Part shown: one piece after another, positions 11,045 through 22,036 of the stretch | Layout: every line of letters begins with the position of its first letter | Numbering within the stretch: position 1 is the first letter of the stretch | Origin: an uncultured Acidimicrobiaceae bacterium | GTDB taxonomy: Bacteria > Actinomycetota > Acidimicrobiia > Acidimicrobiales > RAAP-2 | DNA length: 64,000 bases | NCBI GenBank assembly: GCA_963740535.1 | Contig: CAVUEI010000002.1 | Span: forward strand, 59,743 to 123,742 | Reading direction: 5' to 3' | Notes under the pieces: generated by a model | What the model was told of the DNA's origin: nothing | What the model saw: only the letters and a program-made list of their open reading frames with translations | Databases searched by the model: none | Program-made: the position numbers and the translations under genes

Positions 11045-11587
11045 TTGGGCAGCCTGGAACGCGCCGGCGACCTGTCGATCGTGCGCTTCCGCCGTCGCCT
11101 GGCGCACCCCCAGCAGAGGGTGTGGCGCGCCATCACCGAAGACGAGCACCTGGCCAGCTGGTTCCCGACCACCATTGAGGGGACCCGGGCCGGCGGCTCG
11201 CCGCTGCGTTTCTCGTTCCGGGAGTCGGAGGGGGAGCCCTTCGACGGCGAGATGCTGGCCTTCGACCCGCCGTCGCTGATGGAGCTGCGCTGGGCCGACG
11301 ACACCCTGCGCTTCGAGCTCGAGCCCGACGGGCCCGGCTGCATCCTCCGGCTGACCGTGACGTTCCCCGAGTTCGGCAAGGCGGCGCGCGACGCTGCCGG
11401 GTGGCACGTGTGCCTCGACCGCCTCGGGTACGAGTGTGCCGGCGCCGAGCCCCCCTGGAGGCCGCCGGAACGCTGGCGCGCCGTCCACCAGGGCTACGTC
11501 GAGCGCCTCGGTCCCGAGGCGTCGGCCATCGGCCCGCCCGCGGAGTGGGAGCGTGCCCACGGCGCGGACCCCGCCGGAGCTCAGTGA
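11045..11587 (+). CDS. SRPBCC (Aha1/START-like) domain protein
   Basis: 180 aa, typical partner of ArsR regulators (HPQQRVWRAITEDEHLASWFP...GWHVCLDRL). Confidence 0.75.
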   Translation: MGSLERAGDLSIVRFRRRLAHPQQRVWRAITEDEHLASWFPTTIEGTRAGGSPLRFSFRESEGEPFDGEMLAFDPPSLMELRWADDTLRFELEPDGPGCILRLTVTFPEFGKAARDAAGWHVCLDRLGYECAGAEPPWRPPERWRAVHQGYVERLGPEASAIGPPAEWERAHGADPAGAQ

Positions 11588-12822
11588 GCTGAGACGTGGA
11601 GGGGCAGCTCCAGCAGCCCGCGCAGCGTGAAGCTCGGTCGCCACCGCGGCTCGCCGCCCGTCAGCTCCATCGTGGGGAACCGGTCCAGGAGCGCGGGCAG
11701 TGCGATCTCGCCCTCCATCCGGGCCAGCGCCGCCCCGATGCAGTGGTGGATGCCCCATCCGAAGCTCAACGGCGCGTTGCCTTCCCGCCGCAGGTCGAGG
11801 TCGTCGGGGCGCTCGAAGCGCGCCGGGTCACGGTTGGCCGCCCCCTGGAGGACCACGATGCGGTCGCCGCGCGCGATGGGCTCGCCGACGAGGTCGGCCG
11901 GCTCGAGCGCGGTGCGCAGGTTGAACTGCACCGGGCTGTCGAAACGCAGCAGCTCCTCGACCGCCGAGGACGCGATGTCGGGGTGGGCCCTCCAGTCCGC
12001 CATCTGCTCGGGGTGGGTGAGCAGCGCCAGGAGGCCGTTGCCGAGCAGGTTGGTGGTCGTCTCGAAGCCTGCCGCAAACAGGAGGATGGCGGTCGATGCC
12101 ACCTCCTCGTCGGTCAGGCGGTCGTCGTTCTCCCGCGCCGCGACGAGCGAGCTCAAGAGGTCGTCGCGCGGGTGCATTCGCCGCTCCTCCATCAGGCCGC
12201 CGAAGTACTCCGCGAGGGTCACGATGGCCTCGATCGCCGCCTCGGTCTCCTCCGCATCGAGCGCCGGCTCGATCCCCTTCGCCGCGGCCCGCACGTGGGG
12301 CTGCAGGCCCACCCGGTCCGCATCGGGCACTCCCACCAGTTCGCCGATGACCGCCATGGGCAACGGCAGCGCGAAGTCGGCCATGAACTCGATGTCGCCC
12401 TTCTCGGCCAGCGAATCGAGCAGCCCGTCGACGAGGATGTGTACGGCGGGGCGCAACCGCTCCACCTGGGTCGGGGTGAACGAGCGCGACACGAGCCGGC
12501 GCAGCCGGGTGTGATCGGGTGGGTCCGACAGCAGCATGTTGTGCTGGGACAGCTCCAGGAACTCGTCCCTCCTCGTCCCGCCGTCGCCAAAGATGCCGGT
12601 CGAGGTGTCCTCGATCCCGATGCCGCGCCCGAGCCGGGGGTCGCGGAGCACCGCCTGGCACTCCTCGTAGCCGTTCACGACGTAGGGGCCGAACGCAGTG
12701 CGGCTCACCCGGGCCTCGGCACGCATGCGCGCGTACCAGGGGTAGGGATCGGCCTGCCCCTCGGGCGTGACGAGGACCTGCAACAGCCAGCCGTCGAGAT
12801 TGGGGCTCGAGACGATGCTCAT
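11581..12822 (-). CDS. Cytochrome P450
   Basis: Heme loop FGWGIHHCIGAALAR, EELLRF (ExxR) and AGFETT. Start taken at MSIVSSPNLDG (12822) inside ORF 11581-12966. Confidence 0.9.
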   Translation of the reverse strand: MSIVSSPNLDGWLLQVLVTPEGQADPYPWYARMRAEARVSRTAFGPYVVNGYEECQAVLRDPRLGRGIGIEDTSTGIFGDGGTRRDEFLELSQHNMLLSDPPDHTRLRRLVSRSFTPTQVERLRPAVHILVDGLLDSLAEKGDIEFMADFALPLPMAVIGELVGVPDADRVGLQPHVRAAAKGIEPALDAEETEAAIEAIVTLAEYFGGLMEERRMHPRDDLLSSLVAARENDDRLTDEEVASTAILLFAAGFETTTNLLGNGLLALLTHPEQMADWRAHPDIASSAVEELLRFDSPVQFNLRTALEPADLVGEPIARGDRIVVLQGAANRDPARFERPDDLDLRREGNAPLSFGWGIHHCIGAALARMEGEIALPALLDRFPTMELTGGEPRWRPSFTLRGLLELPLHVSAH

Positions 12823-13046
12823 GTGTCGGTTCCCGCCGCGCTCATGTCCCCTCGGAGCCAAGGCTAGGCGGGCGGAGCCGCCGGCGTCAGACCAGGGCCG
12901 CAGGCCAGCCGCGGCCCACGAGGCTGACGTCGCGTCGATCGTCGCTGCATCGGGGCCGAATTGCACCCGGGTGTCCGATGGGGTGTGATCTCCTGGTCGA
13001 TCGGGTCGCGAATTCGGGCTGCACCCGCCTCCAGACTGGATGTCCC

Positions 13047-13922
13047 ATGAGCATGCAGGGCAAGGTCGTCGTCGTCACCGGGTCCAACATCGGGATCGGG
13101 CTCGAGACGGCCGTCGGCGTGGCGGCGTCTGGAGGCCACCACGGTGCTGGCCTGCCGGAACCAGGCCAAGGCCGAGGCCGCCGCCCGTGAGGTCACCCAG
13201 AGGACCTGGAACGACGACGTGCACGTGGTGCCGCTCGACCTCGCCGACCTGGACTCGGTCAAGCAGGCGGCCGCCGAGGTGCTCTCACGGTGGGACCGCC
13301 TCGACGTGCTCGTCAACAATGCCGGGGGGACGTGGACCCAGCGCCAGCTGACGACACAGGGGATCGAGTACACCTTCGGCGTCAACCACCTCGGGCCACT
13401 TCTACCTGACCAATCTCCTGCTGGGACGCCTGCGGGCCAGCGCGCCGTCGCGGATCGTCAACGTCACCTCGGTCGGCCACCACGCGGCATGGCGCGGCAT
13501 GCGCTTCGAGGACCTCCAGAGCGAGCACCACTACGAGGCGATGGAGGCGTACTGCCGTTCCAAGCTGGCCAACATCCTTTTCACTCGGCAACTGGCGAGG
13601 CGGCTCGGTGGAAGTGGCGTGACCGCAAACGCGGTGCATCCCGGGCCCGGTCCGCAGCGGGTTCGGCATGGACGGGGACCTCACCGGATTCATGGGCTTC
13701 GGGATGCGCCTCGTGCGGCCCTTCGAGATCAGCCCGCGGCGCGGCGCCAAGACGTCTCTCCACGTGGCCACGTCGCCGGACCTCGCCACCGAGACCGGCA
13801 AGTACTGGGTTCGCTCCAAGCCCGGGCACATGAGCCGCCAGGCCCGCAACGACGACGCCGCGGCTCGCCTGTGGGTCGAGAGCGAGGAGCTGCTGGCGTC
13901 GGCCGGCTTCGCGCTCGGCTGA
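13047..13922 (+). pseudogene. Short-chain dehydrogenase/reductase (retinol-dehydrogenase-like), at least 3 frame shifts
   Basis: MSMQGKVVVVTGSNIGIGLETA, then VLACRNQAKAEAAAREV...NNAGG, then [10 protein letters not shown]...[11 protein letters not shown]...VTANAVHPG, then [10 protein letters not shown]...WVESEELL. These lie in successive frames, with shifts near 13140, 13400 and 13650. Confidence 0.75.
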
Positions 13923-14045
13923 ATACCAACGGCTCGACCACCCAATCCCAGTAGTGGTAGACCGCGAACGGCGTCTCTACGTCGGCTCAATCTCAGTCTT
14001 GCACCGCCGAGCGGCCGAGCACGCGCCATCTGATGCGTTGGAACA

Positions 14046-15101
14046 ATGATGAGCCGGATGGGTGAGTCACGTGTTCCTCTCCACGTCGTGAATGCAGTCG
14101 CTCCGATCCGGGTCTGCGACAACGGGGGATGGACCGACACCTGGTTCGCCGGGCACGGCAAGGTCTTCAACATCGCCGTGTCCCCCTATGTCGAGGTGCA
14201 GGTCAGAGTCCATCCGATCGGTGCGCTCCCCAATCGGGTCGTACTCACGGCCGAGAACTACGGCGAGCGCTATGGATTCGACCCGGGGCTTCTTCCCGGC
14301 CGCCACCCTCTGCTGGAGGCCACGATCGACAGTGTCGGTCTGCCCGATGACGTCTCAGTCGAGATCACTATCTCCTCGGGGGCTCCTGCCGGCTGCTCGA
14401 CAGGCACCTCGGCCAGCGTCACGGTCGCGTTGATCGGTGCCCTTGACGCACTGACGCCAGGAAGGTTGTCTCCCGATGAGGTCGCGTTCGCCGCACATCG
14501 CATCGAGGTCGACCGCCTCGGCATTCAGTCGGGTATCCAGGATCAGCTCTGCGCCGCGTACGGCGGCATCAACTTCATCGAGATATCGGCCTATCCACAA
14601 GCGTCGGTCTCGCAGATGGCGGTTCCCGATGACGTGTGGTGGGAACTCGAGCGTCAACTGGTGCTGGTGTTCCTCGGGCGCGCCCACGTGTCCTCAGAGG
14701 TGCACGAGCAGGTCATCGCCACCCTGACCAACGACGGCGCGGCCTTGTCGCACCTCGAAGGGCTCCGCCGCACCGCCGAACAAGCCAGGGACGCCGTGCA
14801 GGCGGCCGACCTCCCGGGCCTGGGACGGGCAATGACGGCGAACACCGAAATGCAGGGTCGCCTCCATCCAGACCTGGTCAGCAAGGAGGCGCAGACGGCC
14901 ATCGACGTCGCAGCGGCCGACGGCGCAGCTGGGTGGAAGGTCAATGGAGCCGGCGGCGAGGGAGGGAGCGTCACACTGCTCTGTGGCCCCGACATGGCCG
15001 TCAAGCACCGGCTGCTCCGAGACCTCAGAGAAGCAGATTCGTTGTTCCAGATCGTCCCGACTCGGCTCAGTCGGCACGGATTGCGCGTCTGGCGGACCTG
15101 A
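14046..15101 (+). CDS. GHMP-family sugar kinase
   Basis: 351 aa with the GHMP motif ISSGAPAGCSTGTSAS, a C-terminal KVNGAGGEGGSV, and GIQDQLCAAYGG as in sugar-1-phosphate/heptose kinases. Confidence 0.7.
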   Translation: MMSRMGESRVPLHVVNAVAPIRVCDNGGWTDTWFAGHGKVFNIAVSPYVEVQVRVHPIGALPNRVVLTAENYGERYGFDPGLLPGRHPLLEATIDSVGLPDDVSVEITISSGAPAGCSTGTSASVTVALIGALDALTPGRLSPDEVAFAAHRIEVDRLGIQSGIQDQLCAAYGGINFIEISAYPQASVSQMAVPDDVWWELERQLVLVFLGRAHVSSEVHEQVIATLTNDGAALSHLEGLRRTAEQARDAVQAADLPGLGRAMTANTEMQGRLHPDLVSKEAQTAIDVAAADGAAGWKVNGAGGEGGSVTLLCGPDMAVKHRLLRDLREADSLFQIVPTRLSRHGLRVWRT

Positions 15102-15133
15102 CCCCGACGGTGCGCACTCTGCGATTCCCGACC

Positions 15134-15885
15134 TCAGGGAAGGAAGGGAATGAGTGTTCCGAGGAACCATTCCGTGATGATCATGAGGGGGGTCTGGTCG
15201 GTGTCGATGCGATACGTACGCGTCAGCACGTGGCCACGCACGATCTCACTCATGTCCGGTGGCCGGTACATCGTCAGTGCACTCGGCTCCCCGATGTCCA
15301 CACGCGCCACTGCGACCTCTGCCTCTTCGAGGATCCGACCAATCGGGTCGTTGCTGGTCTCGAGTCTGTCGAGGAACCTCGCCGGCAGGCGGCTCACGAC
15401 GATCACGCTTTCCGCGTAGACGTACGGGTTGCCCGATACGGAGCCCTGCAGTGTGGCTGCACGATGCAGCAACGGACCGCCCTCTTGGACGCCCAGATCG
15501 TTCGCAGCAGGGGCGCCGATCCTCTCGTGACGACGACCCTGGCCTCAATGGGTTCCCCGACAAGGTGCTCCAAGAAGTCCGTGACGGTGCCGCCGGTGCT
15601 GCTCAGCGCCACCCTGAGTCCCGATGCTGCGGCCACCGACATCATTGAATCGCAACTTTTCGGTCCCTGTCTGATTTCGCCCTTGGATTTCGGGGGTCCG
15701 AGGTTCACCTGACCCAGTTCGACGCCACGCCGTACGATCGAGAGGGCAATCCCCGAATGGAGACCCAATGGACACCGGGCAGGATCTGATCGCTGACCCG
15801 TCCAACGCCGCAGTGATTTCCCGCCGGCCTCCATCGGCACCGCCGTATCGCGCGACAAACTCCACCAATTCGTAACGTGTGTCAT
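15134..15885 (-). pseudogene. Degraded regulator-like gene: possible HTH N-terminus plus chorismate-lyase/UTRA-fold C-terminus
   Basis: Readable pieces lie in different frames: ...LGLHSGIALSIVRRGVELGQV (HTH-like), STGGTVTDFLEHLVGEPIEARVV, then DLGVQEGGPLLHRAATLQGSVSGNPYVYAESVIVVSRLP... The total span of about 250 codons fits a HutC/GntR-size protein. The assignment is tentative. Confidence 0.3.
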
Positions 15886-16015
15886 AGGTGAGTCTTAGAG
15901 GAGGCCCTTAGGCTGTCGGTGTAGCGAAACGGCTGGCGCCTCCCTCCCTTTTCCCCCCGGGGCGCCGGTCGGTTCGCACACCAGCGGGTCGGCAGCTCAC
16001 CCCGCTTGACACAAT

Positions 16016-16735
16016 GTGATCGTGATGGCGATGCGCGATGCCTGGGAAGCCAACGCGAGGGACTGGATCGCGTGGTCTCGGGCGCCGGGTCATGACAGCT
16101 ATTGGCGCTTTCACCGCGATGCGTTCCTCCCGCTGGTGCCGCCCCCGGGCCGGCTCACTCTCGATATCGGCTGCGGCGAGGGGCGTGTCGGCCGCGACCT
16201 GGCTCGACTCGGTCATCGGGTCATAGGACTCGACGGATCCCCGACCATGTTGGGCGCGGCGGCGAACCACGCCGACGCTGGCGGCCCGGTGCTCCTGGGC
16301 GATGCGGCGGCTCTTCCCTTTCCTGACGCGATCGCCGACTGCGTCGTCGCCTTCATGAGCCTGCAGGACGTCGACGAAATGGAGGCAGCCGTCCTCGAGT
16401 GTGCCCGTGTCCTCCGCGCCGGCGGCCGGCTCGTCCTTGCCATTACCCATCCACTCAACACCGCGGGCGGCTTTGGCCCTGGTTCCGATGATGCCGCACG
16501 TCCCTTCGTCATCGAGGGCTCCTGGTTCGAACGCCGGGCCCTGGCCGACACCTGCGAGAGCGACGGGTTCACCATGACCTTTCACACCGAGCACCGTCCC
16601 TTGGCGGTGTACACAGACGCCCTGGCGGACGCGGGCTTCCTCATTGAGCGGATGCGCGAAGTCGGCGAACCTGACCCGGCGAACAAGTGGCACCGGATCC
16701 CGCTCTTCTTGCACATACGGGCCATCCGCGTCTGA
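16016..16735 (+). CDS. Class I SAM-dependent methyltransferase
   Basis: Motif I LDIGCGEGRVGRDLARLGHRVIGLDGS. 239 aa. Confidence 0.8.
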   Translation: MIVMAMRDAWEANARDWIAWSRAPGHDSYWRFHRDAFLPLVPPPGRLTLDIGCGEGRVGRDLARLGHRVIGLDGSPTMLGAAANHADAGGPVLLGDAAALPFPDAIADCVVAFMSLQDVDEMEAAVLECARVLRAGGRLVLAITHPLNTAGGFGPGSDDAARPFVIEGSWFERRALADTCESDGFTMTFHTEHRPLAVYTDALADAGFLIERMREVGEPDPANKWHRIPLFLHIRAIRV

Positions 16736-16893
16736 CGTCGAGGCACCCTCTACCCGGCGGGTGTACCCTCGCCTTGGCTCATTTTGAGCACCAGCGTCCC
16801 CGCTTACGGTGACAAATCGAGAGTCCCGATGGGTCCCAATGCCACGTGGTCGGCTTGCCCGCCTTGCCATCGCCCACTGTTCCGCCCTGAACG

Positions 16894-17163
16894 ATGACCG
16901 GGGCGGGCGACACGGGCATGGAGCTTCTCATCGAGGCGGCCGATGAGCTCGATATGGCAGCCGGTGCCTGTGAGAGCTCCGAGGATGCGGCGCGTCTCTT
17001 TGCCCTGGCCGGCCGGATCCGCAGCTACCTGACGCTGAGCCGTCCCACCACGACGCTCGGAATGCCCCGGATCGTCTCCGACGTGGCCCGGCTCTCCGAC
17101 GAAGACGTGATCCATCGCACGGAAGAGTTCAACAAGTCCCACGTCCGCCTCCTGTCGGACTGA
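16894..17163 (+). CDS. Hypothetical protein
   Basis: 89-aa ORF in an otherwise unassigned gap. No recognisable family. Confidence 0.3.
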   Translation: MTGAGDTGMELLIEAADELDMAAGACESSEDAARLFALAGRIRSYLTLSRPTTTLGMPRIVSDVARLSDEDVIHRTEEFNKSHVRLLSD

Positions 17164-17223
17164 CCACTCGCGGGTCAGCACCTCCGCCGCGGCGCCCTGA
17201 GCGCGCCGCAACTTCCTGCGTCG

Positions 17224-18440
17224 TCAGGCGTCCCTGGTCATCATCCGCCAGGCCCCGATGGCGGTCCAGAACACGATCCAGCCCACGATCACCAGTGACG
17301 CCGCCAAGGTCGACTCCGGTATCAGCACCAGCCCCCCGGCCCGCTGCCACCACCCGGACCGCCGCCGCTGAACGGCGTCGGCAGGCCGCCCGGCTCGATG
17401 TGGAGCATGGCGATCCCCACGATCCCCCGCTCGAGGTTGAGCACGTAGGGGACGATGTGGCGGCTGAAGAGCGGCGTCAGGATCAGCTCCAGCACGATCA
17501 GCAGGATCACCGGCACCGTCCGCTGTCCCATCAGTGAGCCCAGCCCGAGACCGACGATGAACCCGATGGTCGCCTCCAGCGCGATCCACAGGCCGACGTC
17601 GAACATGAGCGAGGTCGAGGGGACCGTGAATTGGGCGCTGTAGTCGACGTAATTCGAGTTGGCGACGGCGACGGCGAACGCCCGAATCTGGGCCGGCGAC
17701 TCACTGGCGGGGACGGTGATCGTGCCCTTCGGCGTCTGGATGACGGAACCGGGCGGGGGACCGCTCGTTTGCCCGCCTGCACAAGGCACGCTCGGCGGCG
17801 GGGAGTCCAGCCCTTTGCCTCCCCCGAAGATGTTGAAGTTGCAGATGACCTCGTCGGCGTGCGACGCCGCCCAGCTGTCCAGGGCGGGGCGCGAGAGCCC
17901 CTGCGGCACGTTGACCCCGTCGTAGTTGAGCTGCGTCGGGGCGGCGAAGACGCAGACCGCGCACACGATCGTGTAGCCGACCGCCACCATGGCGATGACG
18001 ATGGCCAGCCCGGCGGGGATGCGCGCCAGGTACAGCGCCATGCGGGATCGACCCGTGATCACGAGATGGCGGAACATCCCGTCGGTGAGGTCGACCGACC
18101 CGGCCGTGGCGCCCACGACCGCCGCCACGATGAACCCGAAGACGTACATGAAGCCCAGCACCAGCGTGGTGAAGATGTCGTAGCCGCCGGCCGGCCCGTA
18201 GGACTTGGGGGCCACGGCGTGGGAGATGAGCCGCACCGTGAGGAAGATGACCGGGATGCCGATGTTGACGGCGACCAGCGCGATGATCAGGCCCCGCCGC
18301 TTGCGCAGCTCCATGAAGCGCGTGGTGACCATGCCCCACGTCGGGATCCACGAGCCGCGGTGGTCGCCCCGCACCACCGCCGGACCCGTGTCCGGGGCCG
18401 GACCCGGTGCTCCTGCGCCCACGTCGGTGATCGTCGTCAC
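17224..18440 (-). pseudogene. ABC-2-type transporter permease, C-terminal frame shift (about 17330-17400)
   Basis: GTG at 18440 overlaps the ATPase stop (GTGA). Several hydrophobic spans are present (LIIALVAVNIGIPVIFL, FIVAAVVGATAG, GLAIVIAMVAVGY...). The last helix, LVIVGWIVFWTAIGAW, is in ORF 17224-17589. Confidence 0.65.
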
Positions 18441-19414
18441 TCCGATTCCCCCAGACGCTTCGTGACCTCGAGGAACCACGACTCGAGCGAGGCCTGGATG
18501 TGCTGGAGCCGGAACACCGAGATCCCGCCCTCGACGAGCAGGCGGTTGATCTCCGCGATGGCGTCGCGCTCGGTGCCCTCGGGCAGCGAGATGGCGAGGC
18601 CGTCCGGCCCGATCTGCATGTGGGCGCCGAACGGGGTTCCCCCGAGCAGGCCGCCGGCCCGGTCGGGGTCGGAGCACTCGACCTGCACCTCGAAGGACGA
18701 GCCCGCCAGCAGCTGCGAGATCGGGCCCTGCCGGATGACCTTGCCCCGGTCCACGATGGCCACCGCGTCGCACGTGCGCTCCACCTCGTCGAGGAGGTGC
18801 GAGGACAGCATGACCGTGCGCCCCTCGCCGACGAGGGACAGGATCATGTCGCGCATCTCGAGCATGCCCCCCGGGTCGAGGCCGTTCATCGGCTCGTCGA
18901 GGATGAGCAGCTGGGGATCCCCGAGGAGACAGGCCGCGACGCCGAGGCGTTGCCGCATGCCCATGGAGTACTTCGACACCTTGTCGTCGGCCCGATGGAG
19001 GATGCCGACTCGCTCGAGCGCCGGCTCAATGCGGCCCTTGGCCGCCCGCTCACGCGCCGCGGCGAGGATCTGCAGGTTCTGGCGACCGGTCAGGTGGCCG
19101 TGGAAGCGGGGCTCGTCGACGATGGCCGCGACGCGGGCCAGCGCCCGGTCACGGTGGCGGGGCACCTCGTAGCCGAGCAGGGACATCGTCCCGCCGTCGG
19201 CGTGCGTGAGCCCCAGGAGCACCCGGATCAGCGTCGTCTTGCCGGCGCCGTTGGGGCCGAGGTAGCCGAAGGCAGAGCCGCGCGGGACCAGGAGCTCGAC
19301 GTTGTCGACGGCGACGTTGTCCCCGAAACGCTTGGTCAGCCCATGGGTCTCGACGGCCCACTCGCTGCCGCCCGCCGCCGCCCGCGGCGGGTTGGCCAGT
19401 GTTGCGGTGCTCAC
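18437..19414 (-). CDS. ABC transporter ATP-binding protein
   Basis: Walker A GPNGAGKTT, signature YSMGMRQRLG, Walker B LLILDEP. Confidence 0.9.
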   Translation of the reverse strand: MSTATLANPPRAAAGGSEWAVETHGLTKRFGDNVAVDNVELLVPRGSAFGYLGPNGAGKTTLIRVLLGLTHADGGTMSLLGYEVPRHRDRALARVAAIVDEPRFHGHLTGRQNLQILAAARERAAKGRIEPALERVGILHRADDKVSKYSMGMRQRLGVAACLLGDPQLLILDEPMNGLDPGGMLEMRDMILSLVGEGRTVMLSSHLLDEVERTCDAVAIVDRGKVIRQGPISQLLAGSSFEVQVECSDPDRAGGLLGGTPFGAHMQIGPDGLAISLPEGTERDAIAEINRLLVEGGISVFRLQHIQASLESWFLEVTKRLGESE

Positions 19415-19556
19415 GCTCTGACCTCCACTTTCTCGCCCCGTGGCTCACCCGGTCTGCGCTATACCCGGTAGAGTACAGAGGGCATCGCCGTTGCCGCCAG
19501 GGTGCTCTCACCCGTCTTTGCGCTGGGGCCAGCACCAGTCTTTCGGTCCGGCCACC

Positions 19557-20713
<1,157 letters not shown>

Positions 20714-20715
<2 letters not shown>

Positions 20716-21952
20716 GGCATCCGTGACGACCACCCCTTCTCCGACTGCGCTCCGACGGATCTCCCGCCGTGCCGCCGCCGTCGCGCCCTCCGCCACCCTG
20801 GCCGTGGACGCCAAGGCCAAGGCGCTGCAGGCGGCCGGGGAGCACGTGATCGGCTTCGGCGCCGGGGAGCCGGACTTCCCGACGCCGGCCCACATCGTCG
20901 AGGCCGCCGTCGTGGCCTGCCGCAACCCGGCCAACCACCACTACACCCCGACGGGCGGGATCCCCGCGCTGCGCGAGGCCATCGCCGCCAAGACCCTGCG
21001 CGACTCGGGCCTGGCCGTGACCGCGTCCCAGGTGCTGGTCACCAACGGCGGCAAGCAGGCCGTGGCCAACGCGTTCTCGGTGTTGTGCGACCCCGGCGAC
21101 GAGGTCATCGTGCTCGCGCCGTACTGGACGACCTACCCCGAGGCGATCGCGCTGGCCGGCGGCACGCCCGTGGTCGTCTCCTCCGACGAGACGACCGGCT
21201 TCCGCTCCTCGGTGCAGGACCTCGAGGCGGCCTGGACGCCCAACACCAAGGCGCTGCTCTTCGTCTCCCCGTCCAACCCGACGGGGGCCGTGTACCCGCG
21301 GGACGAGATCGAGGCGATCGGCCGCTGGGCGCTGGCCAAGGGGATCTGGGTCCTCACCGACGAGATCTACGAGCACCTGGTCTACGGGGGCGCGCAGCAC
21401 CACTCCCTGCCGGTGCTGGTGCCCGAGCTGGCCGACCGGTGCCTGGTCGCCAACGGGGTGGCCAAGACGTACGCGATGACCGGGTGGAGGGTCGGGTGGA
21501 TGATCGGTCCCGCCGACGCCGTCGCGGCAGCAACCAACATCCAGAGCCACGAGACCTCGAACGTCTCCAACGTGGCGCAACAGGCCGCCCTGGCCGCCGT
21601 GTCCGGCGGCCTCGAGGACGTCGCCATGATGCGGGCCGCCTTCGACCAGCGCCGCCAGACCATCGTCAAGATGCTCAACGAGATCGACGGGGTCGTCTGC
21701 GTCGAGCCCGAGGGCGCGTTCTACGCCTACCCCTCGGTCAAGGGGCTGCTCGGGCGGTCCCTCCGGGGACAGCGTCCGGCGAGCAGCGCGGAGCTGGCCG
21801 AGCTCTGCATCGACGAGGCCAAGGTGGCGGTCGTCCCCGGGGAGGCGTTCGGCGCGCCCGGCTATTTCAGGATGTCCTACGCCCTGGGCGACGACGACCT
21901 CGTCGAGGGCGTCTCCCGGTTGGCCACCCTCTTCGCCGAGGCGCAAGACTGA
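20714..21952 (+). CDS. Aspartate-type (class I) pyridoxal-phosphate aminotransferase
   Basis: [58 protein letters not shown]...[10 protein letters not shown]...[13 protein letters not shown]. Confidence 0.9.
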
Positions 21953-22036
21953 CCCGGGACCGGCTCGAAGACTGAGCCGGGACTGACCTATATCGGGCGG
22001 GGGGATGTTCGGGCGGGGAGTGAGGAGACCACCGCG

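Noticed and set aside
12955-13029. Repeated CCGAATT / GAATTCGG and TGCACCCG words between the divergent P450 and SDR genes, considered as a possible operator.
   Set aside because: The repeats are short (7-8 nt) and irregularly spaced, and no regulator gene is adjacent. The support is not strong enough to call.
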